The notes: generated by a model from the sequence alone, not told the origin. A stretch of 64,000 nucleotides of DNA from an uncultured Oscillospiraceae bacterium (GCA_947587025.1 CANPXW010000002.1:3567-67566), one strand, 5' to 3'. Shown: positions 16,804 to 27,773, numbered from the stretch's first letter. Numbers and translations: made by a program.

Positions 16804-18675
16804 ATGATCGACATATCCCTGCAAAACGTAAAAAAGAGCTTCGGCGGCGTGGAGATACTGCGCGGCGTCAGCTTCGACGTCCAGGCCGGCGAGCGGGTGG
16901 CGCTCTTAGGCGCCAACGGCGCGGGCAAGACCACCCTGCTGCGCATCCTCACCGGGACGCTGGAGCCGGACGAGGGCACGGTGGTGCTCGCCCCCGGCAA
17001 GCGGGTGGGCCTCATCTCCCAAATACCCGTCTTCCCGGCGGGCTGGACGACCGAGGATGTGCTGCGCTCCGCCCACCGGCACCTGGACGGGATAAAGGGA
17101 AAAATGGCCGCCCTGGAGGCAGCCATGCAGACGGATTCTTCGGCGCAGACGCTGGAAAAATACGACCGGCTGGCGGCGGAGTTCGACCGGCTGGGCGGCT
17201 ACAGCGCCGACTACGAGCGGGAGCGGGTGGCCAACGGCCTGGACCTGTCCCCCGCCATGCGCTCCCAGAGCTTCGAGAGCCTCTCCGGCGGGGAGAAGAC
17301 CCGGGTCAACCTGGCCCGGCTGCTGCTGGAGGACACGGAGATACTGCTGCTGGACGAGCCCACCAACCACCTGGACCTGAAGAGCACCCAGTGGCTGGAG
17401 GACTTTCTGCTGCGCTTCAAGGGCACCGTGCTCACCGTCAGCCACGACCGCTGGTTTTTGGACACCGTGGCCCAGCGGACCGTGGAGCTCGTCGACGGCC
17501 AGTGCCAGTTCTACGCCGGGGCCTACAGCTTCTACATCGCGGAGAAGCAGCGCCGGTATGAGGAGCTGCGCCGCCAGTATGAGAAGAACCAGAAGCAGAT
17601 CGCCCACCTGGAGCAGGCGGCGAAGGATCTGCGGCTATGGGCCTTTCTGGGCAACGACAAGCTCTACAAGCGGGCCTTCTCCATGGAAAAGCGCATCGCG
17701 AAGCTGCAGACGGCCCCCAAGCCCCAAAAGGAGCGGACACTGTCGGCGCGCTTCAGGGAGCGGGAGTTTTTCGGTGACGAGGTGCTGCTCATCGACGATG
17801 TGGGCAAGCGCTTCGGGGAGAAGACCCTCTTCGAGCATCTGCAGCTGCTCATCCGCCCTGGCGAGCGGGTGGCCGTCATGGGCGACAACGGCAGCGGCAA
17901 GTCCACCCTGGTAAAGATCATTTTAGGCGAGGTGACCCCCGACGCGGGCTATACCCGCCTGGGCCCTGCCATCCGCACGGCCTATCTGCCCCAGCAGGTG
18001 CGCTTTGAGCGCCCGGAGCGGACGCTGCTGGACACCCTCATATACGACGACAAGGCCGAGCCCCAGCAGGCCCGGGACCGGCTGGCCGCCTTCAATTTCA
18101 CCGGCGAGGACGTGTTCAAGACCGTGGACAGCCTCTCCGGCGGGGAGCAGAGCCGGCTGCGGCTGTGCATGCTCATGAAGGACGACATCAACTTCCTCAT
18201 CCTGGACGAGCCCACCAACCACTTGGACATCGCCAGCCGGGAGTGGATCGAGCGGGCTCTGGACGACTACGGCGGCACGCTGCTGTTCGTCAGCCACGAC
18301 CGCTGGTTCACCGACCGGTTCGCCACCCGGATATGGGAGCTGAAAAACGGCCGGCTGACGGATTTTGCCGGCGGCTACGCCGAGTACCAGCAGTATAAGG
18401 CCCGGCGCACCGAGCTGGACCTGGCCGCCAAGCACAAGGAGCCCAAAGCCCCCAAAGCCCCCAAAGGCCCCCGGACATCCGACCCGGCCCGGCTGATGGC
18501 CCGGCTGGAGAGCCAGATCGAAAAGCTGGAGTCCGCTCTGGCGGAGGTAGCCGCACGGGAGGAGCAGTTCTCCGCCGACTACCAGAAGCTGATGGAGCTG
18601 GACGAGGAGCGAGCCGCGCTCCAGGCACAGCTGGACGGGCTTTACGAGCAGTGGGAGGCGCTGGCGGAAGGATGA
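16804..18675 (+). CDS. ABC-F family ATPase (tandem ABC domains, C-terminal coiled coil)
   Basis: Two Walker A motifs (GANGAGKTT, GDNGSGKST) and two signatures (LSGGEKTR, LSGGEQSR). No TM domain. Confidence 0.85.
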   Translation: MIDISLQNVKKSFGGVEILRGVSFDVQAGERVALLGANGAGKTTLLRILTGTLEPDEGTVVLAPGKRVGLISQIPVFPAGWTTEDVLRSAHRHLDGIKGKMAALEAAMQTDSSAQTLEKYDRLAAEFDRLGGYSADYERERVANGLDLSPAMRSQSFESLSGGEKTRVNLARLLLEDTEILLLDEPTNHLDLKSTQWLEDFLLRFKGTVLTVSHDRWFLDTVAQRTVELVDGQCQFYAGAYSFYIAEKQRRYEELRRQYEKNQKQIAHLEQAAKDLRLWAFLGNDKLYKRAFSMEKRIAKLQTAPKPQKERTLSARFREREFFGDEVLLIDDVGKRFGEKTLFEHLQLLIRPGERVAVMGDNGSGKSTLVKIILGEVTPDAGYTRLGPAIRTAYLPQQVRFERPERTLLDTLIYDDKAEPQQARDRLAAFNFTGEDVFKTVDSLSGGEQSRLRLCMLMKDDINFLILDEPTNHLDIASREWIERALDDYGGTLLFVSHDRWFTDRFATRIWELKNGRLTDFAGGYAEYQQYKARRTELDLAAKHKEPKAPKAPKGPRTSDPARLMARLESQIEKLESALAEVAAREEQFSADYQKLMELDEERAALQAQLDGLYEQWEALAEG

Positions 18676-19436
18676 GAAAAAAGCTGACCCGCGCCCAGCG
18701 GGCGCTGTTCGCCCTGGCGGCCGTCAGCGTGGCCGCTGCGGCTGTGTTCGGATTTTGCATGATCGGCTTTCTCATGTCCGCCCTGGTGTGTCTGGGCATA
18801 GCCGCCTGCCTGATCTTTTTCGGCGTGCTGGCGCCCTATAAGACGGCCCTGGCCCGCCGGCTGCGCGTCGCCATGGTCCTGCTGCTGATCGTGGGTTTCG
18901 GTCTGTTCATGGCTGCAGAGATACCGGTGCTGAGCCACATCCGGGGCGACGAGGACACCGACGCGCCCTATCTGCTGGTGTGCGGCGCGGGGGTGAACGG
19001 GGGCGTTCCCTCCCGCTCTCTCGTGGACCGGATGGAGCGGGCTCTGACATGGCTGGAGGACGTGCCGGAGGGCGTGGCCGTGCTGTCCGGCTCCCAGGGA
19101 CCCGGCGAGCATATCAGCGAGGCCCGGGCCATGTTCGACTGGCTGACGGACCGGGGCGTGGACCCCGCCCGGCTGCTGTTGGACGAGCAGGCGGACAGCA
19201 GCTATGAGAACATCAAAAACGCCCTGGACATCATCGCCGGCGCCGGAGGCGACCCCGCCGGCCGGCTGGCCATCCTCTCCAGCGAGTACCACCTGTGCCG
19301 CCTGAGCTGGATGGCCGAGCGCCTGGGCTGTCAGCCGGTGCTGGTGGCCGCGCCCACCTCGCGGGTGAGCCTGTTTGTCAACTACGCCATCCGGGAGGCC
19401 TGCGCCATGTGGCATCTCTGGCTGTTCGGCATGTGA
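18672..19436 (+). CDS. YdcF/ElyC/SanA (DUF218) family membrane protein
   Basis: Three N-terminal TM segments, then a DUF218-like core (LLVCGAG...AVLSGSQG...SSEYHLCR). ATG 18672 overlaps the ABC-F stop. Confidence 0.7.
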   Translation: MRKKLTRAQRALFALAAVSVAAAAVFGFCMIGFLMSALVCLGIAACLIFFGVLAPYKTALARRLRVAMVLLLIVGFGLFMAAEIPVLSHIRGDEDTDAPYLLVCGAGVNGGVPSRSLVDRMERALTWLEDVPEGVAVLSGSQGPGEHISEARAMFDWLTDRGVDPARLLLDEQADSSYENIKNALDIIAGAGGDPAGRLAILSSEYHLCRLSWMAERLGCQPVLVAAPTSRVSLFVNYAIREACAMWHLWLFGM

Positions 19437-19448
19437 ATATAAAAATGG

Positions 19449-19480
19449 GGGGCTGCCGCGATCTGCGGCAGCCCCTTTTT
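19449..19480. terminator. Bidirectional intrinsic terminator between ydcF and the phage endolysin
   Basis: GGGGCTGCCGC / GCGGCAGCCCC 11-bp stem with a 5-nt loop, an A-run upstream and TTTTT downstream. Confidence 0.85.
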
Positions 19481-19491
19481 GCATTTTTCTC

Positions 19492-20295
19492 TCACCACAG
19501 CTTGGCGAGCATGGCGGCCCAGGTCTCGGCGCCCACCACGCCGTCCCACTGGCTGCTGTCGCCGGGGAACAGGGTCTTCTGCAGCTTGACCACCGCCTGC
19601 CCTGTGCAGGCGCCGAAGTCCCCGTCCACTTCGATGGCGCGCCCGGCGCCGTCCCGCACGTTCCGGGCGTACAGGATGCGCTGCAGCGTCTTCACCTCCG
19701 CGCCCCTGCACCCGGAGCTGAGCTCATGCGCCTTCACCGTCAGCTCTTTGCCGTACTTCTCCGCCGGCGCGGCCGTGCCGGCCGTTTCGGTGTACTTGGG
19801 GTGGCCGTAGCCGCCGATGTAGCTGGAAGAGCGGCTGTAGGTGTTCTTCTTCACCATATTGGAGCTGTTGCCCTCCACGGTGACGATCTGGGAGCTGGTC
19901 ACCTCCACCACGATGCCGGTGTGCACCAGGCTGCCGTTCTGCTGGAAGAACACCTGATCTCCCACCTTGGGGGTCTTATCGTACCGCCCCTGGGCCTTGT
20001 AATAGCCTGCGCTGTAGGGGCACGCCGCCCCCAAGGTCCCGGTCTGGCACTCCGCCAGCTGTCCCTCGGTCTTGCCGAAGGCCTTATAGAAGCACCAGTC
20101 CACGAACACGTCGCACCAGGCGTAGCCGTTCTTGTTGCCGTTGTAGTACCCGGCGCTGAACAGGTCGCGGGCGTACTTGGTCCAGTTGCCTGTGCCGGCG
20201 TTGGCGGAAGCCAGGTCCAGGCTGGCGTTGCTGGCCTTCTCTTTGTACCCTACCTCCGCCAGGGCGATGGACACCACAGCCGCCGCGTTACTCAT
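19492..20295 (-). CDS. Phage endolysin: N-terminal CHAP amidase/peptidase plus C-terminal peptidoglycan-binding domain
   Basis: CHAP Cys context GYAWCDVFV and His context LVHTGIVV. PG_binding_1-like C-terminus (GAEVKTLQRIL...VDGDFG). ATG 20295 lies 9 nt after GGGAGG and overlaps the holin stop by 8 nt. Confidence 0.85.
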   Translation of the reverse strand: MSNAAAVVSIALAEVGYKEKASNASLDLASANAGTGNWTKYARDLFSAGYYNGNKNGYAWCDVFVDWCFYKAFGKTEGQLAECQTGTLGAACPYSAGYYKAQGRYDKTPKVGDQVFFQQNGSLVHTGIVVEVTSSQIVTVEGNSSNMVKKNTYSRSSSYIGGYGHPKYTETAGTAAPAEKYGKELTVKAHELSSGCRGAEVKTLQRILYARNVRDGAGRAIEVDGDFGACTGQAVVKLQKTLFPGDSSQWDGVVGAETWAAMLAKLW

Positions 20296-20716
20296 GGTCT
20301 TCACCCTCCCTGCTCCTGCCGGACAGCACGTCCACCGCGCCGGTCACAGCGGCGGGCAGAGGCAGGCCCATGAGCCCGGCGTTCTCCACGATGGACAGCA
20401 GCTCGTTGGCGCAGAAGCCCGCGATCACCCCGTCCCGGATGTACCCCGTGCCCAGCAGCAGATCCAGCCGGGCGGCGATGAGCACCACCAGCACGGTCAT
20501 CCCCTTGCGGCACAGGCCCTTGAATCCGGCCCGGCTCTCCAGAGCCCCGCCGCCGGACTTGGGCGAGGCGTGGAACACCCCCGCCACCACCAGTCCGGAC
20601 ACGTAGTCCGCCGCCATGAAAATGAGCAGCGTAGCCGCAGCGGCGTCCCAGCCGCCCAGCAGAGCGCTGGCCGCCCCGCCGATGGCGCCCGCCGCCGCGC
20701 AAAATACCTTCTTCAT
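20288..20716 (-). CDS. Phage holin (holin_4/TcdE-like family)
   Basis: Three TM segments. MAADYVSGLVVA and ELLSIVENAGLMG motifs typical of this holin family. GAGGAGG ribosome-binding site. Confidence 0.8.
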   Translation of the reverse strand: MKKVFCAAAGAIGGAASALLGGWDAAAATLLIFMAADYVSGLVVAGVFHASPKSGGGALESRAGFKGLCRKGMTVLVVLIAARLDLLLGTGYIRDGVIAGFCANELLSIVENAGLMGLPLPAAVTGAVDVLSGRSREGEDHE

Positions 20717-20910
20717 CCAAATACCTCCTCATTCCGCGCTCGCGCGCATCTGTTTTCCTCCGCCGGCTCGTATACCCGGCACGCCTCCCCCGGCGGACAG
20801 GGCCGCCGGCGGCCGGTGCGCAGGATATACACGCAGGCCCGCAGCAGCTCCTCTCCGTCCCCTATGTACACCGGTATGGAGAACCGGCATCCGCCGCATT
20901 TATCGTCCAT
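20713..20910 (-). CDS. Small Cys-rich hypothetical phage protein (65 aa)
   Basis: ATG 20910 preceded by GGTGAGAG. ATGA overlap with the holin start. Contains CGGC and three further Cys. No family recognised. Confidence 0.4.
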   Translation of the reverse strand: MDDKCGGCRFSIPVYIGDGEELLRACVYILRTGRRRPCPPGEACRVYEPAEENRCARARNEEVFG

Positions 20911-20923
20911 ATCTCTCACCTCA

Positions 20924-22729
20924 CTAGGCCGTTCGCCGCCAGCAGTAGGCGGCGATATACGGCGGCATATTGTTGTGCGCCTTTCCGCCGCCGGTCGCGT
21001 TCGTAGAGCCATATGCGTTGCTGCCCGCGTAGTCGGCGCACTGTATATCCGAAAGATTGTCCCGGCATATCCGCCAATACTCGCGCAGGCTGTGCGTGTG
21101 GGACGGCATCTCCGAGACCGTCAGCTTATGGGTCGCCTCGCCGCCGGTCGCGCCCGCCTTGTATGTGCTCCCCGCCGCCAGCACGAACCGGTCCTTGACC
21201 TGCGTCCACTCCCCGCCGAACAGCGCCGCCGGACTGGTGTCCTTTTCAGACCAGTAATAGCTGCCGACAGGATAGATGAAGTCCCGCAGCACGTCCTTCG
21301 CCGTCTGGCTCAGAGCCGGGAAGCCCACCGGCACGTTGAACCGGAAATCATCCTCGCCCCAGTCGAACACAGGCACGCCCCTGTTGAGGGTGAGGGTCCT
21401 GGTGAGGCTCGTCAGCCTGTCCGAGGCGGTCACGGTGATGGAATAGGCGTTGGTATACGCCAGCTCGGACAGCGTCACGGAGGCGGACCAGGTGTTGCCG
21501 TCCCTGACGGTCTCCAGGTCCACATCGCCGCCATCGTCCACTCTGTAGCGCACGGCGAGGGTGTTGTCGGCCGCGCCAAAGGAGCCGCTGAACCAGTTGC
21601 CGGAAAGGGTGAGCACGGCGGTGTTCTCGGTGGGCCCGGTGCGAAGGCAGGAGCCGACGACGGTCAGGGGGATATACTCCACCACCGCCGGCGACACGGT
21701 GGTCTGGGCTGAAAATCCACGGCTGTCTGTAGCGGCGAAGACGAACGAGCCGCTGGTATCGCCGGGATAGTCCACGTACCCGTCCCCCTCCACCGCCGTG
21801 CCGTTGACAGACCGCGCCCGGATGGACGCGCTGTTTCTGGCCGTGGCCGTGATAGAGGCCCTGGCCGTGGAACAGCCTCTGACCAGCACGGCGCTGTCGC
21901 CGGTCAGGGCCGTCGTCACGTCGTTCACGTCCTCCACCCTGCCGCTCACGGTCGGCCCTGACAGAGCGGCCGTGGTGGTCACGGTGATGCTCGCGGTCTT
22001 GGCGCTGCCCAGCTTCGCGCCGCTGGCCTGGTAGGTGGTGATGGTCAGCGTGCACTTGCCGGAGGAGGCGTTGGGTATCTGGTCGTAGAACGCCGTGGGC
22101 ACGGTCCAGTTGACCGTGGTGTTGGAGAACTTCACCTCGGTCGCGCTCACGCCGCCGGCGGCGGTGACATAGCCGGTGAGCGAGCCGAAGGCGTACTTGA
22201 TGGAGTGGGTCGTGTTGGAGACGTTCTTGCTCACCACCAGGGTGGACGCCGCGCCGATATTGGCGTCCGTACCGGACACGGAGGATCCCCTGGGGATATT
22301 GGTCAGCTTGATGGTCGCGCTGCCGTTGATGGTCCATCCGGAGTCCGCGCCGCCGCTGGTGATGTAACCCCGGACGCTGTTGAAGGCGATGGTGATGCTC
22401 TTGGTGCCGTCGGCGTTATGGGCGATGCCTTTTTGGGTAAAGGAGGTCGGCCCCTTGGTCGGGGCCAGCCAGGTGTTCATGGAGCTGGTGTATATCCCAT
22501 AGCCGCCCTGCGCGGAGGACATGCTGGCCACCGTGGTGCCGTCCACCGTATAGCTGCCGTTGAAGTAATAGGTCCAGCCGTACCAGGCGGTGTTCTTGTA
22601 CTGGGGATAGATGGTGACGTTGGAGGTGTTGGTGTCGATGTCGTATGTCTCCACCCACCGGAAGCGCCCCTTCATAAAACCGCTGCCGTACTCGCCGGTA
22701 TAGCCGCTCAGCCCCGATCTCATAGCCAT
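20924..22729 (-). CDS. Phage tail fibre / receptor-binding protein with a collar-like C-terminus
   Basis: The C-terminus GGEATHKLTVSEMPSHTH...GKAHNNMPPY resembles the phage tail collar motif. The N-terminus is beta-rich and Ser/Thr-rich. Start at ATG 22729 after GAGGGGGAAG. Confidence 0.7.
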   Translation of the reverse strand: MAMRSGLSGYTGEYGSGFMKGRFRWVETYDIDTNTSNVTIYPQYKNTAWYGWTYYFNGSYTVDGTTVASMSSAQGGYGIYTSSMNTWLAPTKGPTSFTQKGIAHNADGTKSITIAFNSVRGYITSGGADSGWTINGSATIKLTNIPRGSSVSGTDANIGAASTLVVSKNVSNTTHSIKYAFGSLTGYVTAAGGVSATEVKFSNTTVNWTVPTAFYDQIPNASSGKCTLTITTYQASGAKLGSAKTASITVTTTAALSGPTVSGRVEDVNDVTTALTGDSAVLVRGCSTARASITATARNSASIRARSVNGTAVEGDGYVDYPGDTSGSFVFAATDSRGFSAQTTVSPAVVEYIPLTVVGSCLRTGPTENTAVLTLSGNWFSGSFGAADNTLAVRYRVDDGGDVDLETVRDGNTWSASVTLSELAYTNAYSITVTASDRLTSLTRTLTLNRGVPVFDWGEDDFRFNVPVGFPALSQTAKDVLRDFIYPVGSYYWSEKDTSPAALFGGEWTQVKDRFVLAAGSTYKAGATGGEATHKLTVSEMPSHTHSLREYWRICRDNLSDIQCADYAGSNAYGSTNATGGGKAHNNMPPYIAAYCWRRTA

Positions 22730-22742
22730 GTTTTCTTCCCCC

Positions 22743-24905
22743 TCAGATATAGAAGCAGCCCGTCCGGTCGTTCTCGTACCGCTCGAAGCGGGCATGGGCG
22801 ATGATCAGATAATTCTCCGCCGTCAGGTCTCTGGCCGTGACGCCGCCGGCGTCGGCGGTGAGCATGGTGTCGTACTCGTCGGTACTGCCGGCCTGATACC
22901 GGCGCACCTGCATGCCGGTGCTCTGGATGACGGTGGCGATCTGGGAATTGGCCTGCCATATCTGCAGTCCGTCCTTGTTGAAAGTAAAGCCGTTGGAGGT
23001 GGTGACCTGGTCCACCTCCTGCTCCCGGAACAGGATCTCCAGCTGGGAGGCACGCTGCTCCATGGCGGACTGCCAGGAATAGATGTTGTCCAGGTTGGCG
23101 GCGGTCTGGGACACCTGCTGGGTGATGCGGTCCTGGAGGATATTGATGTCGGAGGCGTTTTTGACCACCGTCTCCTGGATGCCCTCCAGCGCGCCGTTCA
23201 CGGCGCCCTGGGCGACGCCGGACATACAGTACATCCCGGCGTATCCCACCGTGCCGTCCGCGTATGTGATCTTCTGCCGCGTCCAGAGATAGTGCTCCTC
23301 TGGCACGTCGCCGGGCAGCGTCTCCGACCACTGGGCGTCCACCGGCTGTCCGGTGGCCTCGTCCAGGGCGTTGGATACCGACAGGGTATACTCCGCCGTC
23401 ACGGAGCTGACCGCCTGGCCGGACAGGGTCTGCACGCCCTCCACTGCGGCGGTGATGCGCTCCCGGAGCACCTCCATGTTGGAGGCCAGCTCCGGCAGGC
23501 CCTCCACCCGTGCCTGCTCGAAGGTGCCGAACTTCACCCAGTCCGCGCTCAGCCCCTCGGCGCGGATGATGCCCATGATCATCTCCCCGGTGACGGACAG
23601 GCCGAATGGCCAGCTCTCTCCCCCGTCGTCGGAAAAGCCGATGGCCTGGGCCGTGAGCTTCATCACGCTGCGGGACGCGGCCAGGGTGGGCTTATCGTGC
23701 AGATAGTACACGACGCTGCCGTCCTCCTGCTCCTGGGCGGTGCTGTAAAGCCCGCCGCTTTCTGCCAAGGTCCTGGCCAGCTGGTCCACCGCCGTCTGGC
23801 GGGCGGTGCGCTCCCGCTCCACCAGCTTTCGCGCCGCCAGCCGGGCACGGCTCTCCGGCGTCACGTAGCGGCTGCCGTTGCGCACGGCCGGCTCCGCGCT
23901 GTTGGAAAGGGACGTGTAGCCGCCCACGGCGAAGCCCACGTCCGTCAGCACGCTTTTATAGGTCCGTCCCTTCCGGTCCCGGACCAGCACCACGTCCATG
24001 AACTCCGCCATGGGCAGCGCCGCGTGCTCCCCCTGGAAGGGCCGGAAGGGCAGGCCCACCAGCCCCGCGCCCATCAGCGCAAGGGCCGCCTGCTCTCCTC
24101 CTGTAGGCACCAGCGGATTCTCCACCGCCAGCACGTACCCCTCTTCTCCGTACAGCACCGTCCGCTCCGTACCGTCCTCCCCGTCCACGGCCATGGAAAT
24201 GCCTGTCACGATCACGTCGTCGGTGCCCGCCTCCAGGCTGCCCCACTCCGTCAGCTCCAGCGCCGGCTCCGCCGCCATATCATAGGGGATGATGCGCAGC
24301 CGGCCGGTCCGGTCCACACGGGCGCTGCCCCCGGCCAGCATGGCTGTCCAGCCCAGCACCTGCCGGCAGGTGCATTCCCCCTCCGGGGCCGCCTGCACCA
24401 GGTACCCGTCGTTGGGGAACGCCGCCGTATCGTATCCGATGCCGCACCGCTGGCAGACGTCCCGGAACATGCTCCCCAGGGTGGCCGGGAAGGCCAGGTC
24501 CGTCTCATAGTCCCGGTCGGCCCGGTACATGTCGTCCCAGGCGGTCACCGTCACGGTCTCGCCCAGGGTGGCCGGCTCCACCGCCGTGAAGGTGCCCAGC
24601 TCCACCCTCTCCGTGCTCTCCGCAAGCTCCAGGCTCAGCCACACCCGGAACCGCGCGCCGAAAAAGTCCGTGCCGTCCAGGTGCCCGTCGTCGTTGACCA
24701 GCTCCAGCCGCATCTGCCGGCACACCGCCGCCCCCAGGGGCAGGCCGGTGGTCCCGGCCCCGTCTGTGAGGCTGTTGCCCGATATGGTGAAGTCCTCCCC
24801 GTCCAGCGCCAGCTCCGTGCCGTCCGCCAGCGCCGCCTGGGCGAACAGCCGAAAGTCGCGCCGCTCGGCCATCACTTCTTTGAACTCTTCGCTGACGGCG
24901 ATCAT
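22743..24905 (-). CDS. Phage tail tip / tail-associated (endopeptidase-type) protein
   Basis: 720-aa protein after the distal tail protein, with a central coiled-coil region. Position and size fit Tal-like proteins. ATGA overlap with the upstream gene at 24902-24905. Confidence 0.7.
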   Translation of the reverse strand: MIAVSEEFKEVMAERRDFRLFAQAALADGTELALDGEDFTISGNSLTDGAGTTGLPLGAAVCRQMRLELVNDDGHLDGTDFFGARFRVWLSLELAESTERVELGTFTAVEPATLGETVTVTAWDDMYRADRDYETDLAFPATLGSMFRDVCQRCGIGYDTAAFPNDGYLVQAAPEGECTCRQVLGWTAMLAGGSARVDRTGRLRIIPYDMAAEPALELTEWGSLEAGTDDVIVTGISMAVDGEDGTERTVLYGEEGYVLAVENPLVPTGGEQAALALMGAGLVGLPFRPFQGEHAALPMAEFMDVVLVRDRKGRTYKSVLTDVGFAVGGYTSLSNSAEPAVRNGSRYVTPESRARLAARKLVERERTARQTAVDQLARTLAESGGLYSTAQEQEDGSVVYYLHDKPTLAASRSVMKLTAQAIGFSDDGGESWPFGLSVTGEMIMGIIRAEGLSADWVKFGTFEQARVEGLPELASNMEVLRERITAAVEGVQTLSGQAVSSVTAEYTLSVSNALDEATGQPVDAQWSETLPGDVPEEHYLWTRQKITYADGTVGYAGMYCMSGVAQGAVNGALEGIQETVVKNASDINILQDRITQQVSQTAANLDNIYSWQSAMEQRASQLEILFREQEVDQVTTSNGFTFNKDGLQIWQANSQIATVIQSTGMQVRRYQAGSTDEYDTMLTADAGGVTARDLTAENYLIIAHARFERYENDRTGCFYI

Positions 24906-25279
24906 AGCGGGTCCACTCCTATCATGTTGAAGCTCAGCTCGTCCACGGTCTCCTCCTCGGCGTTCAGCCGGCCGATGGAAAGGGACCCCTTGCCCACGTA
25001 GAACCGGCCGTCCCGCCACCTGCCGTAGTGCAGCGAGTAGTAGTGCAGCGTGAAGGGCCGTCCCCGGTCCACGATCTGCAGGATGCGGCTGACCTCCGCC
25101 GCCGGCAGCCAGCTGGCCTTGTAGCTGAGCGACTCCACCGTGAACATGGCCGAGGCGTGCAATGTGCCGCTCTGTACGCGGGTGGAGTCCTCCGTATAGG
25201 TGGTCTCAAAGTCATAGCCCAGCCCCTCGTCGGGTTGGGCTATGAGCGTACCGTTCAGTTTGATGTATTCCTGCGCCAT
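24902..25279 (-). CDS. Phage distal tail protein-like component
   Basis: 125-aa ORF directly after the tape measure gene, with a GGGAGG ribosome-binding site. The call is by position. Confidence 0.55.
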   Translation of the reverse strand: MAQEYIKLNGTLIAQPDEGLGYDFETTYTEDSTRVQSGTLHASAMFTVESLSYKASWLPAAEVSRILQIVDRGRPFTLHYYSLHYGRWRDGRFYVGKGSLSIGRLNAEEETVDELSFNMIGVDPL

Positions 25280-25282
25280 GGC

Positions 25283-27760
25283 TCAACCTCCCAGCAGAAA
25301 GGGATTTTTCCCGCTCTGGCCCCGCCGCAGCTGGGCCTCGTCCAGCACCTGGCGGAACAGCACCTTCCTGTCGATCTGCCCGATGAACGTATACTGGGCC
25401 TGTCCGCTCCGCCCCTGACCGCCGGCCAGCAGCTGCCGCAGCAGGCTCTCCGTCCCGGCCAGGCCCTGTACCGGTCCGTCCGCGTATAGCGCCCTGGGCG
25501 GGATAACCGTACCGGAGGCCATCACCGGCGTCGGTGCCCGCCCGATGGCAAGCCCCAGCCGGTCGATGGACACGGCCAGCTCGCCCAGCCTGTCCGCCAC
25601 AGCGCCCAGCCTGCCAGGCCGCTCCTGTCCTTCCAGCAGCTCGGCCAGCCGTCCGGCCACCGCGTCTATCCACTGGGTGTGCCGCTCCAGAGGGATGATG
25701 GCCTCGCGCCCTGCCTCCCCGGCGCCGATGAGGGTAGCCCCGTCCACGATGCCGCCCCTTTTGTACCAGTCCACCGACAGGCGGGGCACCGAGAGCGGCG
25801 AGAGACTGAACTGGCCGGAGATGGAGAAGTGGGGCAGTTTGATGTTGGGCAGGCTCCAGCTGAAATCGAAAAAGCCCTTGATGGCGTCGATGGCGCTGCG
25901 GACCTTCTGCTTGGCTTTGTCCAGCTTCTCCGCGATGGCGGAGCGGATGTTCTCGAAAATGCCGGTGACGGACTTCCAGGCTGCCGTCAGCTTCTCCTCC
26001 ACGGCGCTGCGGATGCCCTCGAACTTCTCCGTCACCGCCTGCCGGGCTGAAGTGACAGCGGCGCTTATCCGGTCCCTGATCGCGCCGAACACGCTGGAGA
26101 TCTTCGTCCACACAGCGCCCGCCTTATCGCTCACGGCCTGTTTTATCTCGTCCCACTTCTGGCTGATGTACGTCCTGACCGCGCTCCAGATGCGGACGGT
26201 GGCCGCCTTGATCTCATCCCACCGGGCCGCCACCGCCGCCGCCAGGGATGCCGCCGCCGCGATGACAAGGGGTATCCACGTCCCGGTGAGCAGGCTGACA
26301 GCCCCGCCCAGCAGCATGATGCCGCTCACCAGCGTGCCCAGGCCCTGACCGGTCAGCTCCCCGGTCTTTATCCACTCCTTCAGGGACGTGACCACCATAG
26401 CCACCGCGCCGATGATGCCTCCCGCCGCGCCGCCGACCATGCCGAACTGCAGCGCCAGCCCGCCGGCCAGCGCCGCCGTACCGGCCAGCTGCTCGGCCAG
26501 CGTCCCCCAGCTGGGGCCGTTGGCCCAGGCGTCCGTGGAGCCCTTGGCCAGCAGCACCGCGCCGCCCGCGTCCAGCGCCAGGCCCGCCGCCGTTTTGAGG
26601 CTCGCGCCCAGGCTCCGGGCCAGCTTCCAACTCAGCAGCCCCGCCGCGACGGCGGTCACCGTGTCCAGGATGCCGTCCATGTGCTCGGCCAGCCACCCGA
26701 TCTTCTCGGCGAAAGCCGGGTCGATGGGGACCTCCTCAAAGGCGAATCCGCCCCCGTCCTGAATATCCAGCCCGCCGCCGGCCCCGGAGCCGCCTCCCCC
26801 GCCGGAGGAGCCCCCGCCGGAGCCTGCGCCCTCCTGCTTCACTTTCCATATGTTCATCTCGTCCAGTCCGGACAGATTGCGCTCGGCGTCCTTCACCGCC
26901 TTGCCGATAGTCCGTATGCCGCCCACGGCCGTATCTGCCGCGCCGGACACGCCGTTGATGGCCCGGACGGTCTTGCCGCCGAACGCGTCGGTCTCCACAG
27001 ACGCCACCTTCACCGCCTCGCCCAGCTGGGCCACTCCGCCGGCGGCGGTGCCGGCCGCGCTGCCCACGGCGGAGATGCCAGACGCGGCGGAGGACGCGCC
27101 GGTGACCACCCGTTTATAGGTGCTCTTCCCGCTCAGGAGGGCGAAGAACATAGCCACGTAGTTGGCCGCCGTGACCAGCATGGAACACAGCCGGCTCAGG
27201 GCCGGAGCCACTGCGGCGGCCACAGGAGCGAAGGCCGTCACCAGCGCGCCCTGCACCCCGGTCAGCGCGCCGCGCAGCTGGCCCAGAGAGGCGGCCGCCT
27301 CCCGGTCACAGGCCGCCAGGCTCTCCATGCCCTGGCGCAGGGTACGGCCGAACCCGGCGCACAGCGCGGTCAGCGCCTGCAGGCCCATGCCATAGCGCGC
27401 CAGGCCGCCCAGACCGCCGGCCAGCGCCAGACCGGCCGCGCCCAGGGCAAGATCGGTCTGATTGAGCCCGTCGGCGGCGGAGCCGGCGCTGCCGCCCAGG
27501 CTCTCCAGCTCTTTTCCGAACCGGACCGTATCCGCGCTCCGGGCCTTATCCGTCAGCGCATCCACGCCGTCCGCCAGCGTGCGCATCTGCCGCCCGGCGG
27601 AACGCGCCGTCCGGTCTATCCGCAGCCGGGCCACGTTTTTGCCCATCCGGGAGGCCGCCTCTCCTGCCCGCCGGCAGCCGGCCTCTATATCGCCCACGCC
27701 CCGGTCCACGTCGCCGGTCTCAAAGCTCACTCTGATGATAACGGAGCCGTCCTCCGCCAT
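25283..27760 (-). CDS. Phage tail tape measure protein
   Basis: 825 aa, Ala/Gly-rich helical repeats, hydrophobic central segments, canonical position after the chaperone pair. Confidence 0.85.
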   Translation of the reverse strand: MAEDGSVIIRVSFETGDVDRGVGDIEAGCRRAGEAASRMGKNVARLRIDRTARSAGRQMRTLADGVDALTDKARSADTVRFGKELESLGGSAGSAADGLNQTDLALGAAGLALAGGLGGLARYGMGLQALTALCAGFGRTLRQGMESLAACDREAAASLGQLRGALTGVQGALVTAFAPVAAAVAPALSRLCSMLVTAANYVAMFFALLSGKSTYKRVVTGASSAASGISAVGSAAGTAAGGVAQLGEAVKVASVETDAFGGKTVRAINGVSGAADTAVGGIRTIGKAVKDAERNLSGLDEMNIWKVKQEGAGSGGGSSGGGGGSGAGGGLDIQDGGGFAFEEVPIDPAFAEKIGWLAEHMDGILDTVTAVAAGLLSWKLARSLGASLKTAAGLALDAGGAVLLAKGSTDAWANGPSWGTLAEQLAGTAALAGGLALQFGMVGGAAGGIIGAVAMVVTSLKEWIKTGELTGQGLGTLVSGIMLLGGAVSLLTGTWIPLVIAAAASLAAAVAARWDEIKAATVRIWSAVRTYISQKWDEIKQAVSDKAGAVWTKISSVFGAIRDRISAAVTSARQAVTEKFEGIRSAVEEKLTAAWKSVTGIFENIRSAIAEKLDKAKQKVRSAIDAIKGFFDFSWSLPNIKLPHFSISGQFSLSPLSVPRLSVDWYKRGGIVDGATLIGAGEAGREAIIPLERHTQWIDAVAGRLAELLEGQERPGRLGAVADRLGELAVSIDRLGLAIGRAPTPVMASGTVIPPRALYADGPVQGLAGTESLLRQLLAGGQGRSGQAQYTFIGQIDRKVLFRQVLDEAQLRRGQSGKNPFLLGG

Positions 27761-27773
27761 AGCCGCTCACCCC

